Assembly (NCBI GenBank): GCA_002633005.1
Contig: NMRA01000810.1
Location: 71,845-135,844 of the forward strand
Source: Phoronis australis
Lineage: Eukaryota > Animalia > Phoronida
Length of the DNA stretch: 64,000 bases
Direction: 5' to 3'
In this document: positions 39,001 to 53,600 of the stretch, one piece after another
How the letters are laid out: every line of letters begins with the position of its first letter
Numbering within the stretch: position 1 is the first letter of the stretch
The notes under the pieces: model-generated
Database searches by the model: none
The model's input: the letters and a program-made list of their open reading frames with translations, nothing else
Told to the model about the DNA's origin: nothing
Translations under genes and position numbers: made by a program

Positions 39001-41103
39001 AGGTGCTATGTGAATACGCAAATGAAATACGACAACCCCGGGTCTTCCGGTGTGCCGGAAACCATGCGAGAACCCGTTACCATTTCAATCTCGCGGAAGT
39101 CTCCGTTTGCGAGACTATTTTTTAGGAAAATATGGTCATCGTTATCCTAATGAGACAAGACACATTTTTTGTTATTTGTTCAGTTCAAAATCAAAAACGA
39201 TTGCGTAAAATTTAGAATTACTAGGGTTTTCTATATGTTCGCACTTGCTCCAAAGTGTTTCAGTTGTGGAGTTTTCTTTTGAACTGCGATTCATTCACAA
39301 ATTTTTCTTTCCTGATTATACTTGTACGCACAGTTCTTCAGGAGGTCACGAGGTGGCACGGGCTACATATTTTAAATAATCACGGTTTAATGAGACACTA
39401 AGCATCTTTAACGGGTCATATTATTTTAAACCTTTGTTCCTGACTGCGCTGGATATTTCATTTGGAATGATGTGTTGAGTTTTTCTGCTTGGTCTCGACA
39501 CGAAAAGTAAACTTGAGTCATGAGCAACAACTTGAACGTCAACATGTAAATTTATCTTAGCCTTGGGCAAAGAGCTGAATGAAGAGGCTAGTTCGCAAAG
39601 CTGATATCTACTTAAATTTGAAATAAAACAACAGACATCCAATCAAAATGTGTCAATGGTCATATAGTTGTTAACTGGCAGAAGATTGGAAAGTCTGTTA
39701 CGCCTCGTTAATTTACTGTACAGACAAATGTTTTCAGTGGCTGGCGACGAAAAACTTCATACGCTGTGACTGAAAAATAGAAAGGAAATTCGTAGCGAGA
39801 TTTATCGACTATCTGTCCGCCATTTATCACTCCGCTCAAGATGTTAACTAATGGTTGCGAACAAAAATAATGTTTGAATTTTTAGGATAATCTGCGACAA
39901 AAAGTCGATGCATTGGTGTGAGACATTCTACAGGCCCACTGTCACAAGGAGTGGTGTATTTTCACCGCCCTCGCTCGGCCAGCATACCTCGCTGCGTGAG
40001 GAATTTTGGAACTATGTGTAACGTTTTTGTTAACTGCAATATTGTAATGCCATTTTTCGTAGTGGCCACGTGACCACTTGTTGTTTCACCTTTAACCCTT
40101 AGGCGGCTCTCCTGCTGGTCGACGTGTATTCAATCCATGCTGGCATTTGCGCATTCAAAACTATGACTTTTCGTTTTCAGAACCCCATTTCCGAATATAT
40201 GTCCGGGTGTTAATTTGGAGTTACTGAAACGCCTGAAATTTTTCAATTTTCGAATACACGCCCACGGGCTTATCTACGGAAAATCCCGACACGGCGTCGG
40301 CGGCAGCACGCGCACCACTACAGCAGATATCACCCCTGGTTTTTCTCAGTCAATTCGAAGCCACGAAGTCACGACCTAATCTCAAATATTCCATGTCAAA
40401 GCAAACCAGCGATAGCACTGCTAATAGAACTTCATAAAAAAGTTCAAAATAATTACGCATTCTGTGGCTAAGTCTCTTGTAGCCCACTGACACCATTAGG
40501 TTGTATAAACACTGACTTGAAGTTATACAATGTATAATATAAGGTGTGAACAAAAGGCAAGACGATCAAATATAACGTTTATCATGTTTTTTCTTCTGAT
40601 ATGGACAGCCACAGGTTTTAATTCTCACTGACCGGTGCTTTCAGCTTTTGGTGCGATGATAAAGTTAAAGATTCTATGTCTCATTTAAACCGTGAATATC
40701 CAAATTTCTATCAAGCGCCACCTAGTGACTTGCTGAAGACCTGCGGTACACTGAGTATGATCAGGAAAAATTGTAAATAAATTGCGGTTTAAAAAAACAC
40801 CACAATTGTTACATTTAAAAACAACTGTTATCATAAAAAACCTAATAATTCCAAATAATACACAATCTTTATTTGATAATGAAATACTCAAATAATATTA
40901 TCTGTGTCTTGTTTCATTAGGGTAACCATGAGATATTACCATACTGATTTACATAAAGATAGTCTCGCAAACGGAAACTTTCGCGAGATTGTAATGGTAA
41001 CTGATTCAAAAACGGTTTCCGGCACACTGGAGACCCGGGCTTGTTTGTAAACTAGCACTTCATTTACATACTCATAATTTAGTGAGGCATACATGTAGCA
41101 TCT
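39001..41103. mobile_element. Non-autonomous TIR element with TTAA target duplication (Kolobok-like)
   Basis: ttaa|AGGTGCTA ... TAGCATCT|ttaa; long imperfect inverted repeats 39036-39165 vs 40903-41040. Confidence 0.7.
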
Positions 41104-41117
41104 TTAATCGCCGATTT

Positions 41118-41596
41118 TCACAAGTCTGAATTAAACAAGAAGTATGTTTTATGCTCCAGCCAGCGCTGGAAAGCCTTGACTCTTCTGTTACTTCTAGCAA
41201 TGATCGTCGATTTAATTGCCTGATGTCACTGGCTATCAATTCACTGAAGTTGTAACTTGGATGACTTTGTAAGTGCGACTCAACTGTAACTTTAACTCAA
41301 GTCAATTTCAAGTGACTGTCACTAACCCTTCCTTATAGTCTCTCACGCTGTTATGGATTTTTTTCACCAATTCATGCTCATTCTAGAATTGTTCAGAAGG
41401 TTCCCAATCGTTTATTGGCTTCAGACTGTTCCAGGTTGCGGTTCTATATTAAACCCTGATATGTTGAAATCTGCTGACTGAGTATTTTGTTGTGAACAAA
41501 TTACATCATCTCCGGCCTGACATCATAGGTAATGTCAATCATTTGATTGCTTTTAGCAAACAAATACAGCAACGAAAGTAAAACTTATAAATGGGA
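41118..41596 (+). repeat. Second copy of window positions ~12-486 (gene A intron after exon 6)
   Basis: Direct, high-identity match (aagtatgttttatgctccagccagc...catcatagg); ends at N 41597. Confidence 0.9.
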
Positions 41597-44500
41597 NGGT
41601 TGACGACAACATTGGGGCAGATTTAACTCCCGCTGTGCCCCTTAGTGGCAATTTTATTTTTTCTATTTTCCTCCATATCTTTGGAGTTCCTTGACGGTTT
41701 TATGAAATTTGACAAATAGGTTTCTATTAATGAGGCGATGACGCATTTTTGTTTTCAGATGGATTTGACGTTGGCAGTTTTTCATTATGTTTTAGTCTGT
41801 TTTTGGCATCTATCTCTCTATCGGCCAAACCGCTCTAAGAATTGTTTTGAAAATTGGTAATTGTGTCCCTACTAGTCGGATCATTGTTGGCGATTTGTGG
41901 ACAGTTTGATTACTAGAGTGCCCCGTAGTATCATTTTGCTTTTTTCGCATCTGCATCTGTTTCTCCTTGCTAATCTAATTGTACATAGCTCTGTATTTTA
42001 TTCAGTGTAATTATTTCCTACTCACTGAAGTAGTGCCTCAGTCTTTTGAAGATGTTTAAATAAATAAATGAATAAATAAATAGATCATTTGAAATTTGGC
42101 AAGTGTGTTTCTTTGAGTTTGACAATAGTTGACGACGTTTGTATGTATCTCATTTGTTCACGGACTTTGCAGGTGTGTTCCTATTGAAAGGAGCATTGCA
42201 GACTTGCTATGCATCCCCTAGAGGCTGGTTTAAGTTTAAAATAGCAATCATTCTTTGCATCTGGGCTATATGAGATGCACATGGTGGTACATATCAACAT
42301 TCTATGTTGCTCTTGTTACTTTCGCAGGAANNNNNNNNNNNNNNNNNNNNNNNNNNNNNNNNNNNNNNNNNNNNNNNNNNNNNNNNNNNNNNNNNNNNNN
42401 NNNNNNNNNNNNNNNNNNNNNNNNNNNNNNNNNNNNNNNNNNNNNNNNNNNNNNNNNNNNNNNNNNNNNNNNNNNNNNNNNNNNNNNNNNNNNNNNNNNN
42501 NNNNNNNNNNNNNNNNNNNNNNNNNNNNNNNNNNNNNNNNNNNNNNNNNNNNNNNNNNNNNNNNNNNNNNNNNNNNNNNNNNNNNNNNNNNNNNNNNNNN
42601 NNNNNNNNNNNNNNNNNNNNNNNNNNNNNNNNNNNNNNNNNNNNNNNNNNNNNNNNNNNNNNNNNNNNNNNNNNNNNNNNNNNNNNNNNNNNNNNNNNNN
42701 NNNNNNNNNNNNNNNNNNNNNNNNNNNNNNNNNNNNNNNNNNNNNNNNNNNNNNNNNNNNNNNNNNNNNNNNNNNNNNNNNNNNNNNNNNNNNNNNNNNN
42801 NNNNNNNNNNNNNNNNNNNNNNNNNNNNNNNNNNNNNNNNNNNNNNNNNNNNNNNNNNNNNNNNNNNNNNNNNNNNNNNNNNNNNNNNNNNNNNNNNNNN
42901 NNNNNNNNNNNNNNNNNNNNNNNNNNNNNNNNNNNNNNNNNNNNNNNNNNNNNNNNNNNNNNNNNNNNNNNNNNNNNNNNNNNNNNNNNNNNNNNNNNNN
43001 NNNNNNNNNNNNNNNNNNNNNNNNNNNNNNNNNNNNNNNNNNNNNNNNNNNNNNNNNNNNNNNNNNNNNNNNNNNNNNNNNNNNNNNNNNNNNTCGTTAC
43101 GGCATGTGCAACCGAAAGGAAAACAGTGTACACGGGACAACATAAAGACTACTGTAGTAAAATACAAAACGAGATTCTACGACAAGATGTCTGCACTCGA
43201 GATCACGTGCCGAATATCCAGTGAGCATGGCAATATCCACCAGTATCCCAGCGGAGTGAGACGCACAGTACCACAACAGGTATATATGGCTAATGTTACA
43301 GAGTCAATATCTCATGATTACACACCGAAATTCAAATCTCGTATACACCTACACTCATTGTCTACAGTCTCTTCAGTGTATGGGGTCAATCATAGATTCA
43401 ATAGTCCTTATCTGCGGAACAGTGGAGATAGGTCAACGGAGTTCATGTTTTGAGCGCAGTGGTCAGTGAGCACTGTCCCGTTTGCAGAGCAAGAACGTTC
43501 TATGACGTATAAACCAGTCCAAATTAAAGCTAATAAAATCTGTCCTTCCACTGCGCTCCCCTATAGTGCATGATGAGGTTGGAGTGATCGTAGAATCACG
43601 AACCGTCGCACATCTGGTGCACTAATCGGTAGCATTTCTCTAGTCTCATTCAACGTCCTTCGGTGAACACAGTGACATTCTCTGTCAAGTTGCTGATACT
43701 ACAGCCCACAGAGACACGCTTTTTCATGCGCGGTGCTCTGCATAACTCTCCTCATAACTCCTGAATATCGCACTGCATCAGCAGGGCTCGACATAACGAG
43801 CTGCAGGTCGCATTTGCGACCTGAAATTTGGAAATGCGAGCTGAGATTTTTGTCAGCTCGTATAAAGTCGCAAAATGCGACCTGGAATTTCCAACGAATG
43901 CGAGCTGAGTTTTTACACTTCTCAACAGATACCCGGCGAATACGAATCAGCTCTTGTTAATCCGACCGTTATTTGGTTGTTGCCAAATACAAGTTCAAAG
44001 GAACACTAACCGAGAACAGCCCTCCCGATGACTTGTAAGCAAGTCGCGTGAACATGGGATATGCAGAATCGATCTTTGACGCGTTTCATTGGCTAACACT
44101 TTCGGCCACTTTTGTAAATTCCCGGATTCGCCGAAGAAAGTTTCGGGCCAATGCTTAACACGTGATAAAACTTCACAAAACAACGGTGTTTCTATTAATT
44201 CTTAAGCGATCAACTTACCAAACATTGTGGTGGACAAAAATGTTTATTTTTCACATAAGATGTCCTTATTACATGTAACAAATATCCACGACAACATCCC
44301 TGATATCGCACTGCGGCACCGTTAGCGCGCAAGCGGTCTCGGCAGACAATCGTGACTTAGACTGAGATGTGCTTCTCCTTTTTATCGTATTAAGACAGCC
44401 AAAGTGAAAATTACAACCTTATTAATCGCCAAACGACGGTCACGTCTTTACATTCAGTTGCCAAGAAATTCTCAAACCCTTTACTTGTTTCTGGGGCTAC

Positions 44501-47127
44501 GCGCGCGAAATATGATTTGTCTTTCACACGTTGTTGCCACAACGTAAAGTGTAGGCCTACTCCAGCGATTCAAGTGCGTGAACTCACGCGTGCGCACCAC
44601 TTCAAAGAACAGCGACAGTCCTAAATGAAAGAGTATACCGACTTGGGTCTGGTTTATTTGAAAATGAACTCAGATTCCCAGCGGTTATAAAAGACCCGAT
44701 GTCCCGGGACCGATATAACCCAGAGGTTCAACTTAGTGAACTGCTCCCGGCAACTTTTCGCTCCCCGAACCACCGTCGCCGTAAAATGTTTAGACTCCTA
44801 GTATAGAAACAACCTTATTCCGGCTGAAGCGGGCAGTTAAAAACAAAATCATTCCGGGTCGCTAACGATATCCAGAAAGCCCTACTAGTAGTGGAGTTTG
44901 CCTCGCAAAATCGTATAATTATAATGTTTCTTACCATTGCTTTTCACACACTCGAATTAAATGCAGGGGCCGATCCAGGATTTTGAGTTAGGTGGGCTAG
45001 GGCAGAGTATAAGCAAGGCCGGGTTGGCAAATGGAATCTGGGAGAATTTTAGGGGGGCATAGCCCCCTTGGCCCCCTCTAAATCCGCCACTGCACAGTCA
45101 TCGGAATGGCAACGACAAAAATTGGCCACCATGAGCGATCTCATTGGGCCAACATGCTGCCTGCAGCCGTTTATTTGTTGACAGCATACCAAATTTTGTC
45201 TATATGAATGTATTCATTCACGCGCTGTGGTGGTGGATAATTGACGTCACTGAGACTGGCGATTAGCAAAAGGAAGATTCATATCAGGTATCTCAAAACC
45301 GGCGAGACTCTCGGGAAGGTTTTTGATCGTGTGACCGTCACGTGGACAAAAAAAAAGATAAACGGGAAGCGAGTTCGGTCAAATTTCACACTTAAAATGC
45401 GTCCAGCCGGAATCAGAAATTTTAGTGGACTTTGAGAAATAAACGTTTCTCAGCCTAGTCCGGACCCCGATCGAGGTGTCACAACTATAGCCGGTATACT
45501 GTCACGAAATACTAAAACCCGGATCTGTCTTGTCACTATAAACTTCGCCAATCGATCGAGGTGACAACCCCACCACTTCATGTTCTATACTGCACCCCAC
45601 GGTCGAGGTTCATGCAGCACCGGCCGTGTGATTGCCGTTTGAGATGTATCTCGCCGAGCGACGTGGTGTGCCATTGTATGCTGTGGCGATTTCTAGTTTT
45701 CCTTGTCGAATTGAAATTCGACCATAGATTTTGGTGAAAGGACGGGTCTCCATTGCTGAGCGGCCACCTAAATCCACGCCTAGAGGATGTGCGCGTGGGA
45801 GTGTGTATCCCTTATACCCAAGAGCCAGATGGCGCGGTGATCTCAAGCAGTGATAATGAACTTGCGGAGCCATGAATTCACTTTACACATTTGACTACCA
45901 CACCAACTTCATAACGAGTGGTCTAAATCAAAATTCTGTTGTATTGTAATAGTAAACCGCGGTTTCACATGGCTGAGTTGTCATGTGGCCAGCGAGTGTA
46001 GTCGGAACAGGTACTCACTCAACTTAAATCCGGCATAAATTATCTAACGCGAAGCTAAGGGACATTTCCTTGTTGTTAATCATAGCCATACAAAACGTGT
46101 CGCAATTGTTTACACCACTCGGTCGATCAAGCAGCCGAAACTATTCTTAATGTATTCTCTGGCGGCTATTCTTGAGATCGCAAGCAATGCATAGGTCACG
46201 TGAGGGAGATGGCATTCCTGGGCTGGAGTTCAATGGCTACACCTAAAACTCGTTTACAAAATGCACGGCATTGTAGACGTTTTTAAGCCAACCATACGTA
46301 ATTTCTTGTACTCCCCCTATTTTGTCCACATCATAGTGCACCGAATCACTTTATCATCCACGGGTTAATATCAATAGTTAATGAGATTAAAAAGGCCAGT
46401 TTTCAGTCATTTCTGTAAGACAGATTTTTACGTCTTAGCCGTTTAATCGGCGATATTTACGTACATGTACATGTACGTCCCAATGAAATGAATGTTTAGG
46501 TTTTTGATGATTGGTTTTAGAATCATCGTTTTGTAACAAATTTTAAGAAAATTGGATGTTGACGTTCGATATCCAGTTTTTCAATATTTTAATAAAAACC
46601 TTTAAGGTTTTAATCTATTATCTTTTTCAAGAGAAAAAGTGCGCTAAACTCTCAATTTATGTCTGCCGCCCAGCTGTCTATAGGAAGAGTTCCCTTCTCC
46701 AGATAATCTAGAACCGGAAATTTGAAGCACGTGCTCCCAATCTGAAATTGAACTTCAAAAGTTTGGTTCCATGAAAGCCGAACGCTCCTCAACCACCAAG
46801 CGTCCGATATGTTTGACCTAACTTTAATGTTTAAAGATCAGTTATTCACAAATAGTTTAGTCTGGAAAGAAAATGGTAGCTCAAATAAAAAACAGCGAAT
46901 TTGGCACATGCCACTCGTTGGTGAATGAAAAGACGCTTATAAAAATTATTTCTAAAAAGTTTTAATAGTAATGCAATAGACTCCATTTTAATGACAATAA
47001 ACAGTTTGATATTTGAAATTTGTCTTGACCTGTTACCTTGTAAAAGAACTTCATTTTGCTTACTTGCGATGCTGGCTTCCCGTAGTATCAGAAATACAGA
47101 AATATTAAAACACAAGTTGTCCAACTT

Positions 47128-47651
47128 ATACCCCCGTCACACCAGAGGCGCGGTGCCACTAAGGCTTTGGCCAAGGGATCGCAGTAAGGTACCCAGTGTA
47201 CGTTTTCGGTGATTGCACGGCGATTGTACTGCTGACGCACGGCGGTGATGGAGGTGCTTCTGTGGTCCTTGGACGGTACCACTGCGGTCTTGACGGTACA
47301 TGGTCGGCGCACCGTAGGGGGCTGGGGGGGGGGTTTATAGCCCCACTTTTTTCAGCGCTAAGTCGCACATGGTCTATAAGCGGTGCACCACAGGGAGCTG
47401 AGGGGTTTTAGCCCCCCACTTTTTTCAGTGCTGCGCCGCCCATGCGGTACCACTGCGATCCCAGTGCGGATTGGCCCAACCCGTGGTGGCACTGCAGAAG
47501 TTTTGTACATGTTAAAATTTTGCGACATGCAAACGCGAAGGTCCGCGCTTTGACTGTTTTCCTCGGTGCTACGGCGATCATGGCGGTGCGAAGGTGGCTT
47601 ATTCCGTACAAGCACCGCAGTTGCACAGCACCTCCGGTGTGACGGGGGTAT
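47128..47651. mobile_element. MITE (Harbinger-like termini) with a nested insertion
   Basis: TIR ATACCCCCGTCACACCxGAGG; GC-rich internal inverted structure. Confidence 0.75.
47299..47444 (-). mobile_element. ~145-bp mini-element, with an inverted copy at ~481-622
   Basis: Termini CATGGxCGGCGCA/TGCGCCGCCCATG flanked by CGGTA direct repeats; reverse complement matches 481-622. Confidence 0.7.
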
Positions 47652-50600
47652 TTCTACAATAAACAAAAACATGAATGAAAATGATGACATATTCATTTCC
47701 CACACTTTTTGTTAATTAATTTCCAGATAAAATCGATGATGCTTAACAAACCAGCATTAAGCGTAACACGAGTTCATTGCTTTCAAAATGGAGGTGACTT
47801 GTCTAAGATTCTAGCAAATAATCTGGTTTTGCGATGTATACAAAGGGACAGTGCTACGTGTGGATAGCAAATAATTTTGTTTTGTGATATTTTGTTTTGT
47901 GATATTTACAAAGGGACAGTGCTGAGAGTGAATATTCATTGTTCAGTACGTGTATGCTGGTGTCCATGGAGATAAAAACAACAGCACATTTTAGTTTTTT
48001 CTAATATCTTATTCATAAAAATCATAAGTTTCCGGGGAATGGTACTCTGCTTTTAACTACAGAGTGTTCAATCGAAACAGGACCCCCGGTGTAAACCAGA
48101 CATCCCGCACCTTCAAAGCAGCTAACCAGACCGAAAAATACGACCCCCTATCCTTAATGAGGAATCCCGGGGATCGGACAGGAAACACGTCATTCAGTTT
48201 TTAAATTTTCGAAGATTCTACAAGTATTATCCAGTTTTCGGCATTTGTTTGTTGAAAATTGTCAATAATAAAACGTAATTTATGTTATACTGAGTTCGAT
48301 ATTTGATTTTTATCGATAAAACTCGGTCAACCTGTCTGTGGGCGACTTTCAACATAATCTTTACTCTCAACACGTTGTTATCGCGGTGAATATTTCAGCT
48401 TTTTCGATAGTTTCTCCAAAATATTTTCAATTATGAAAAGCAAAAATATTATTTGTGCTTTTGAGTGCCACAGTTGATTAATGCCATTATATATCTTTAC
48501 AAAACGGACGGCGTTTTAGTGTATGTTGATATACTTCTCGAGATAACATTAAATCATTTTCCGGAATTTGAAATGGATTGCGAGAATTATTCACTCAAAA
48601 TACATGCACCGTCACCGTTCTTCAACTCGTCATCCTAAATTAAAACGGAAATTGTAATTTCTGAATTCAACGCAGCATCCACGCTCTGCTTTATTGGTGG
48701 ATCACTGCAGCGAATTTGTTTTGAAATTCAGTTTGATGGTATTGAAATACTAAAAACTTGTAACCAAATGAAAGCACTTCGAATAATTTGTTGTATGACA
48801 TGTACGTAACCCCGGCGTGGAAGAAGAAAAGTTGATTAAAATTGGGAAAAGAGACACTGGCCAAAAAGGTGACGTAATAGTTCATGGTGCCGAAAGGCGA
48901 CGCAAAAATCGCATCACAACTTTAGCAGTAGAATAACAACTGTAAAATGCCAACCAGTCATGAGTTGCCATAGTAAAACAACATACCGCAACAACTGTTG
49001 AAAGTAGGAAGATTTATCATCATGTGAAATTGAAACGTATCATATGAACAGAAAGTGGGAGTTGTGTTTCGTATCCTGTTCGACACCGGAATTCCTGTTT
49101 TAAAAGCTGTGTTTCGTGTTTTTCGGGTGGGTAAGCTGTTTTGAAGGTGTGGGATTCTGCTTTCGCCTCTGGGACATCTGTTTTATAACAGGTTTCCTGT
49201 TTCGGTGAAACACTCTGAAATAGCGCTCACATCTAAATAATCTTACTCTTGAATAAAATTGGAATTTTGAGATAAAAATTTTATCAGACAAATCTATGTT
49301 GTTAAATACCCCACACAAATTTCAAATATTAAACCTTGTGTTACAACATACTATTACGTACTAAAAGAGGCTTTATCGTTTTGCGGCCATAACTTAAGTT
49401 GGAGATTGCAGTTGAACGGTATAGACGACAGTTTTGACAAGAACCAGGAAACAACAAAATTCATTGCGTTTTGTAATGTTATTACAAGGCCACCTTCTTC
49501 ACCATTTTAAATGGTTGTTCAATTTATGCGCACTAAATCACACGTCTTAAAATATACAACGCCTAGGATTTGGCTGAGCGATAGACTCAGTAGTGTCCGG
49601 CTACATGTACGTTTGCGAAGGTAGGCCTTACGTGTATCGTGTCCGATTCCGCACTCATCCGAGTTAATTTCTTTAAAAATATTTTTCTCACAGAGAATGT
49701 CCCTACCTGTTGTGTTACTGTGGACGTAATCATTGGTTGACCATGTATAGTATTGTTTGGATAGTAGTGTGCAATTGTAATTACTCCCGTACGTTGTACT
49801 CCGATTACTTCTTTGGTCACGTGACATTGACTTTTACATGTATATGCGTTTTCCCGCAGTCTAGGCATTTGTTATCGATGAGCAGCTCACAATACAGGTG
49901 TGTTGGTCATAAGCTGATTTTGTATGTAACGACGTTTTTACGATTGCAATTTTTCTGTGCTCAACTTCGGAAGTGCCGCACGAAAGCAATAAACATGAAC
50001 CGCTGTACTCGTTATAATTTACACGCCTGCACTGAACCACAACACTACCAACTTTTTTAAAATAAGACTGCGGTTTCAACTGGACAACGAACTGACATCT
50101 TTGCATGTTACGTTTACAACGATAGATTCCTGGCCCCAGGGTCCAATATCCTTCGAATATAAATGTCTAGGTTTTACTCTATACATGTCAGGCATTCGTA
50201 AGTTTTCGAGTCGAGCTCCAAGTACACTAGCCTCGTTTACCGAAGGACTGACATATTTTTCCCCGACCATCTAATGTTTAAATTTTTGCAAGTGAATTGA
50301 ATTCTTCAAAACAGTTAAATTTGCACGCGTATCAAATGCTCTGTTGAAGTTCAAGGACTTTATTCATTTGCCAAATTTAACTTTGATCTGGGAGCAAACA
50401 CATACATGTATCGATTTATTGATTAATTCAAGCATCAAAGACGTTGTTTCCTTTATCAAGGTGTGGCGACCTGTACTACGTGTTTGGACTGGTAATGAGG
50501 AGTACGGCGTAGTCATGAGCAATTTGGTGTCGGAATACAACACCAATCGAACAAAATTGATTTTAAAATGTAGAAATCGATTAGAAAGTTTAATTAGATA

Positions 50601-53600
50601 CAATTCTGCCCAATTTCTTAAGAATCGTGGCAAGCACGTTAGTGTGGCCAGCAACGACGGCCCAGTGCTACTCGGTAGTCGTCTGGTGCTGTGAAAAAAT
50701 CAGGAATATCGTTGAAAGTTTACTATAAAATGATGCATTATGTCGTTAATTTAATACATTTCAGATTGGAAGTAATATTTTATAGTGATGTACATGTGCT
50801 GCAAACGTTTCAGCTAAAAGTGTGTATGGAAAGTGCGATTTGGGCAAACAAACGACCGTACGGACTCGCCCGAGTCAACTGTACGGACTCGTCACGAGTA
50901 GACCTTTGAAATCTGCGCGAACAAGCCAGTGAGCAGGTTAAGAATTGGTCAAATTTTAACCCGAATAGACCGTTGAACTTGATAATCACCAACAGCTTTC
51001 AAAGAGTATAGTCCCATACTAGGTTACTTAAGAAAGATTGGTTGTATTTGAAAATGGTGTGTAAAGTGATAACACAGACAAGAAGTGTTAGGCCATTGTG
51101 GTTGGCCATTTGGGCGGAGTGAAATCGCTGTAAATGCATTTTACACTTTTTCCGATCAACCAACTGACTTCAAGTGCTGTTACTGCTGTGTTGACACAGA
51201 TCATTTTGTTGAAGTAATTGGCCACGGTATCGCAGATCACGGCGATCAAGTACAAATGATTTGATATCTAACATTGCATGAACACAGCGGTTTGGGATGT
51301 TTCAGCGTAAAAAATATAGGCGCATACCATGCGCACAGCCAGACAAAAAAATGGGGGTGCTAGAATTTCAGAAAATGTGTACATTTTACTAAGATTCACG
51401 AGGTACGTTCAGAGCTATGAATTGTGCATTCGCCAAATTTTGGTAGTTACTGCCTCCTGTCTCGACTTTTACTTTTTCGGAGTTTTTGTTTCTCAGAGAC
51501 CGATACAAACTTTTACACGGAAAATTTTTGAGATTCACTCCATCCATGCGTTTGTAATTGAAAGAATGTATACACAAAATGTGTGGCATTTTGTCACTGA
51601 GGTTTAGTTCCACTCAGAAAGGACGTGAACTGGCGTTGGAGAAGTTCAAAGAAATGAGGGGTCCTACATTCCAAATGTGGAGATCGGTGTAACGAGTCTT
51701 TCTCGTACCGTGCGGTCTGTCGTATATGACTTTTAAATAGTTCCTCCAGTTTGAAGTCTTTGCAATAGTCGGCCAATTTTAAAGTTTATTGTTGGGCAAT
51801 TTACGTGGTTTACGCCGTAGAAACCAACAAATCTAATTTACTTCTAGGAGCTATAGTCTGTGCAGTAAATCGGACAGCAGCAAGTTTTTAGCCGGGAATC
51901 CGATTGCAGAGTCATTTGACATTGTTTATTAGGATACTGGTTTATATGTATAGAATTGAGTTTCTTTCTGCAAGTATTGATGCATAATTAGACCACAACA
52001 ATAGGTTGAAAACACAACCGGCTCAATGCGAAACCGTACAGTTGCTCATGACGAGTTCGGACAGTCACAGTACGCGAAACTCGAGTATGATGAGTCCGTA
52101 CAGATATTTTGAGAATAGGTGTCATAAAATGCCACATAACTTTAGCTACAAATTACAAATATCAACTATACTTCTCACGCGCGTTTTCTATAGTTACATG
52201 GGTCGTGCTCAAACGCAAAAAAATATAAACAACAACAAATGAAAAAAATGACACTTGAGTTTATCGTTTTGTAAACAGTATAGAGACCGTCCCTATTAAT
52301 ATAATTAAGGTCACATTCAACGATTACTCTTCCACTTAGTGCATGCCAGCAGTTGCACAAAGAAACGTGTAACAAGGTAAACGATGTCATGAAGTGCGCC
52401 TTGTTCGGGAATTTTTGCCAATTTTGCTCATGAATACGCGGTACTCCTCATGACCAGTCCAAACGCATAATACAGGTCCCCACACAGTGTTTATGTTGCT
52501 TTGGGTTGAGAAGATTTTTCATGTCCACGGGCTTGAACATTACGTCAAAAACATGATTGAATGTCAAAGATTTTTATTAGTGAATTTGCTTCACCTTGCA
52601 ACGTGTCATAGATGGACATTGTATCAGCGGTTTACTCAATACTTTTATGCCGAAATTACTACAGTTGAGCTTGCCCAAACTAAATTCTAATCATATTAAA
52701 CATTGACAGCAAGCGAATTTACTGATTTTGAAATTGCAAAATAAGTTTCACGGCAATCCTGTTTCGTGTGCAACAAGTTCGTAACTGCTAAATCATGATG
52801 AACCAAACCCAATTAGTAGGAAAAGTCCGTGAGTATTACAACACATGACTGATATCCTCAAAAAACGACCAAAAAGCTAGCGACTTCGCTAGCTCTTGTT
52901 CGCCAAGAGCAAAATGGTCATTGATGTGAACGGTTTTAAGTGCCACTTACACTGACGACGGTTTGAGTTACGCCAAAGCTGGTTGTGTTTTCGCTAGCAT
53001 GTCGTAGACAGACAACATAGTTTACTTCAAAAGACAAACCTGAGCAGGGGCATTTTTCTTTCCTTGTCCACTTTTACTCTTTTTGCCCACACAACACAAC
53101 ACACCACACCGCAACACAATGTAGCACGAAACATAATAATAATCTAAGGTTATGCAGGACCCTATAAAAATGACCAAATTTGGCTGATCTTAGAAAACCA
53201 TATTTCAGAAAAGACTTATTGGATTCATATAACACGTTCATTTCCATGTAGTATTCAAAAACGCCGTTAGGACTAGTTTTTAAAATGTTTCACTTTCGCA
53301 TGAGGGATTACCAAAATAAAAATTTTACGATGTTCATAAAAATTCTTTAAATTTTCATAAAACTAAAACGAAATGATATCTTAGAAATCTGAAACCTTAA
53401 GAACTTTCCGTTGAAAATAGAAATCCATATGTTCGCAAGAGGTAACCAAATTCCGTGTTACTAAAAGCGGAATTTTACATTTTGGGAAAATATCCAAACC
53501 AGAATACACAGTTTCAAACTCATTCATTCAACGAATCTCTTGAAGAAGACTATAACAAACAATGGGAAATTTTCATCCGTCTTTTTGGAGATCGTACTGA

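Noticed and set aside
49870-50060. Cys-containing plus-strand frame faintly like a PAN domain
   Set aside because: Cysteine spacing does not fit, wrong strand for gene B, no clear splice support.
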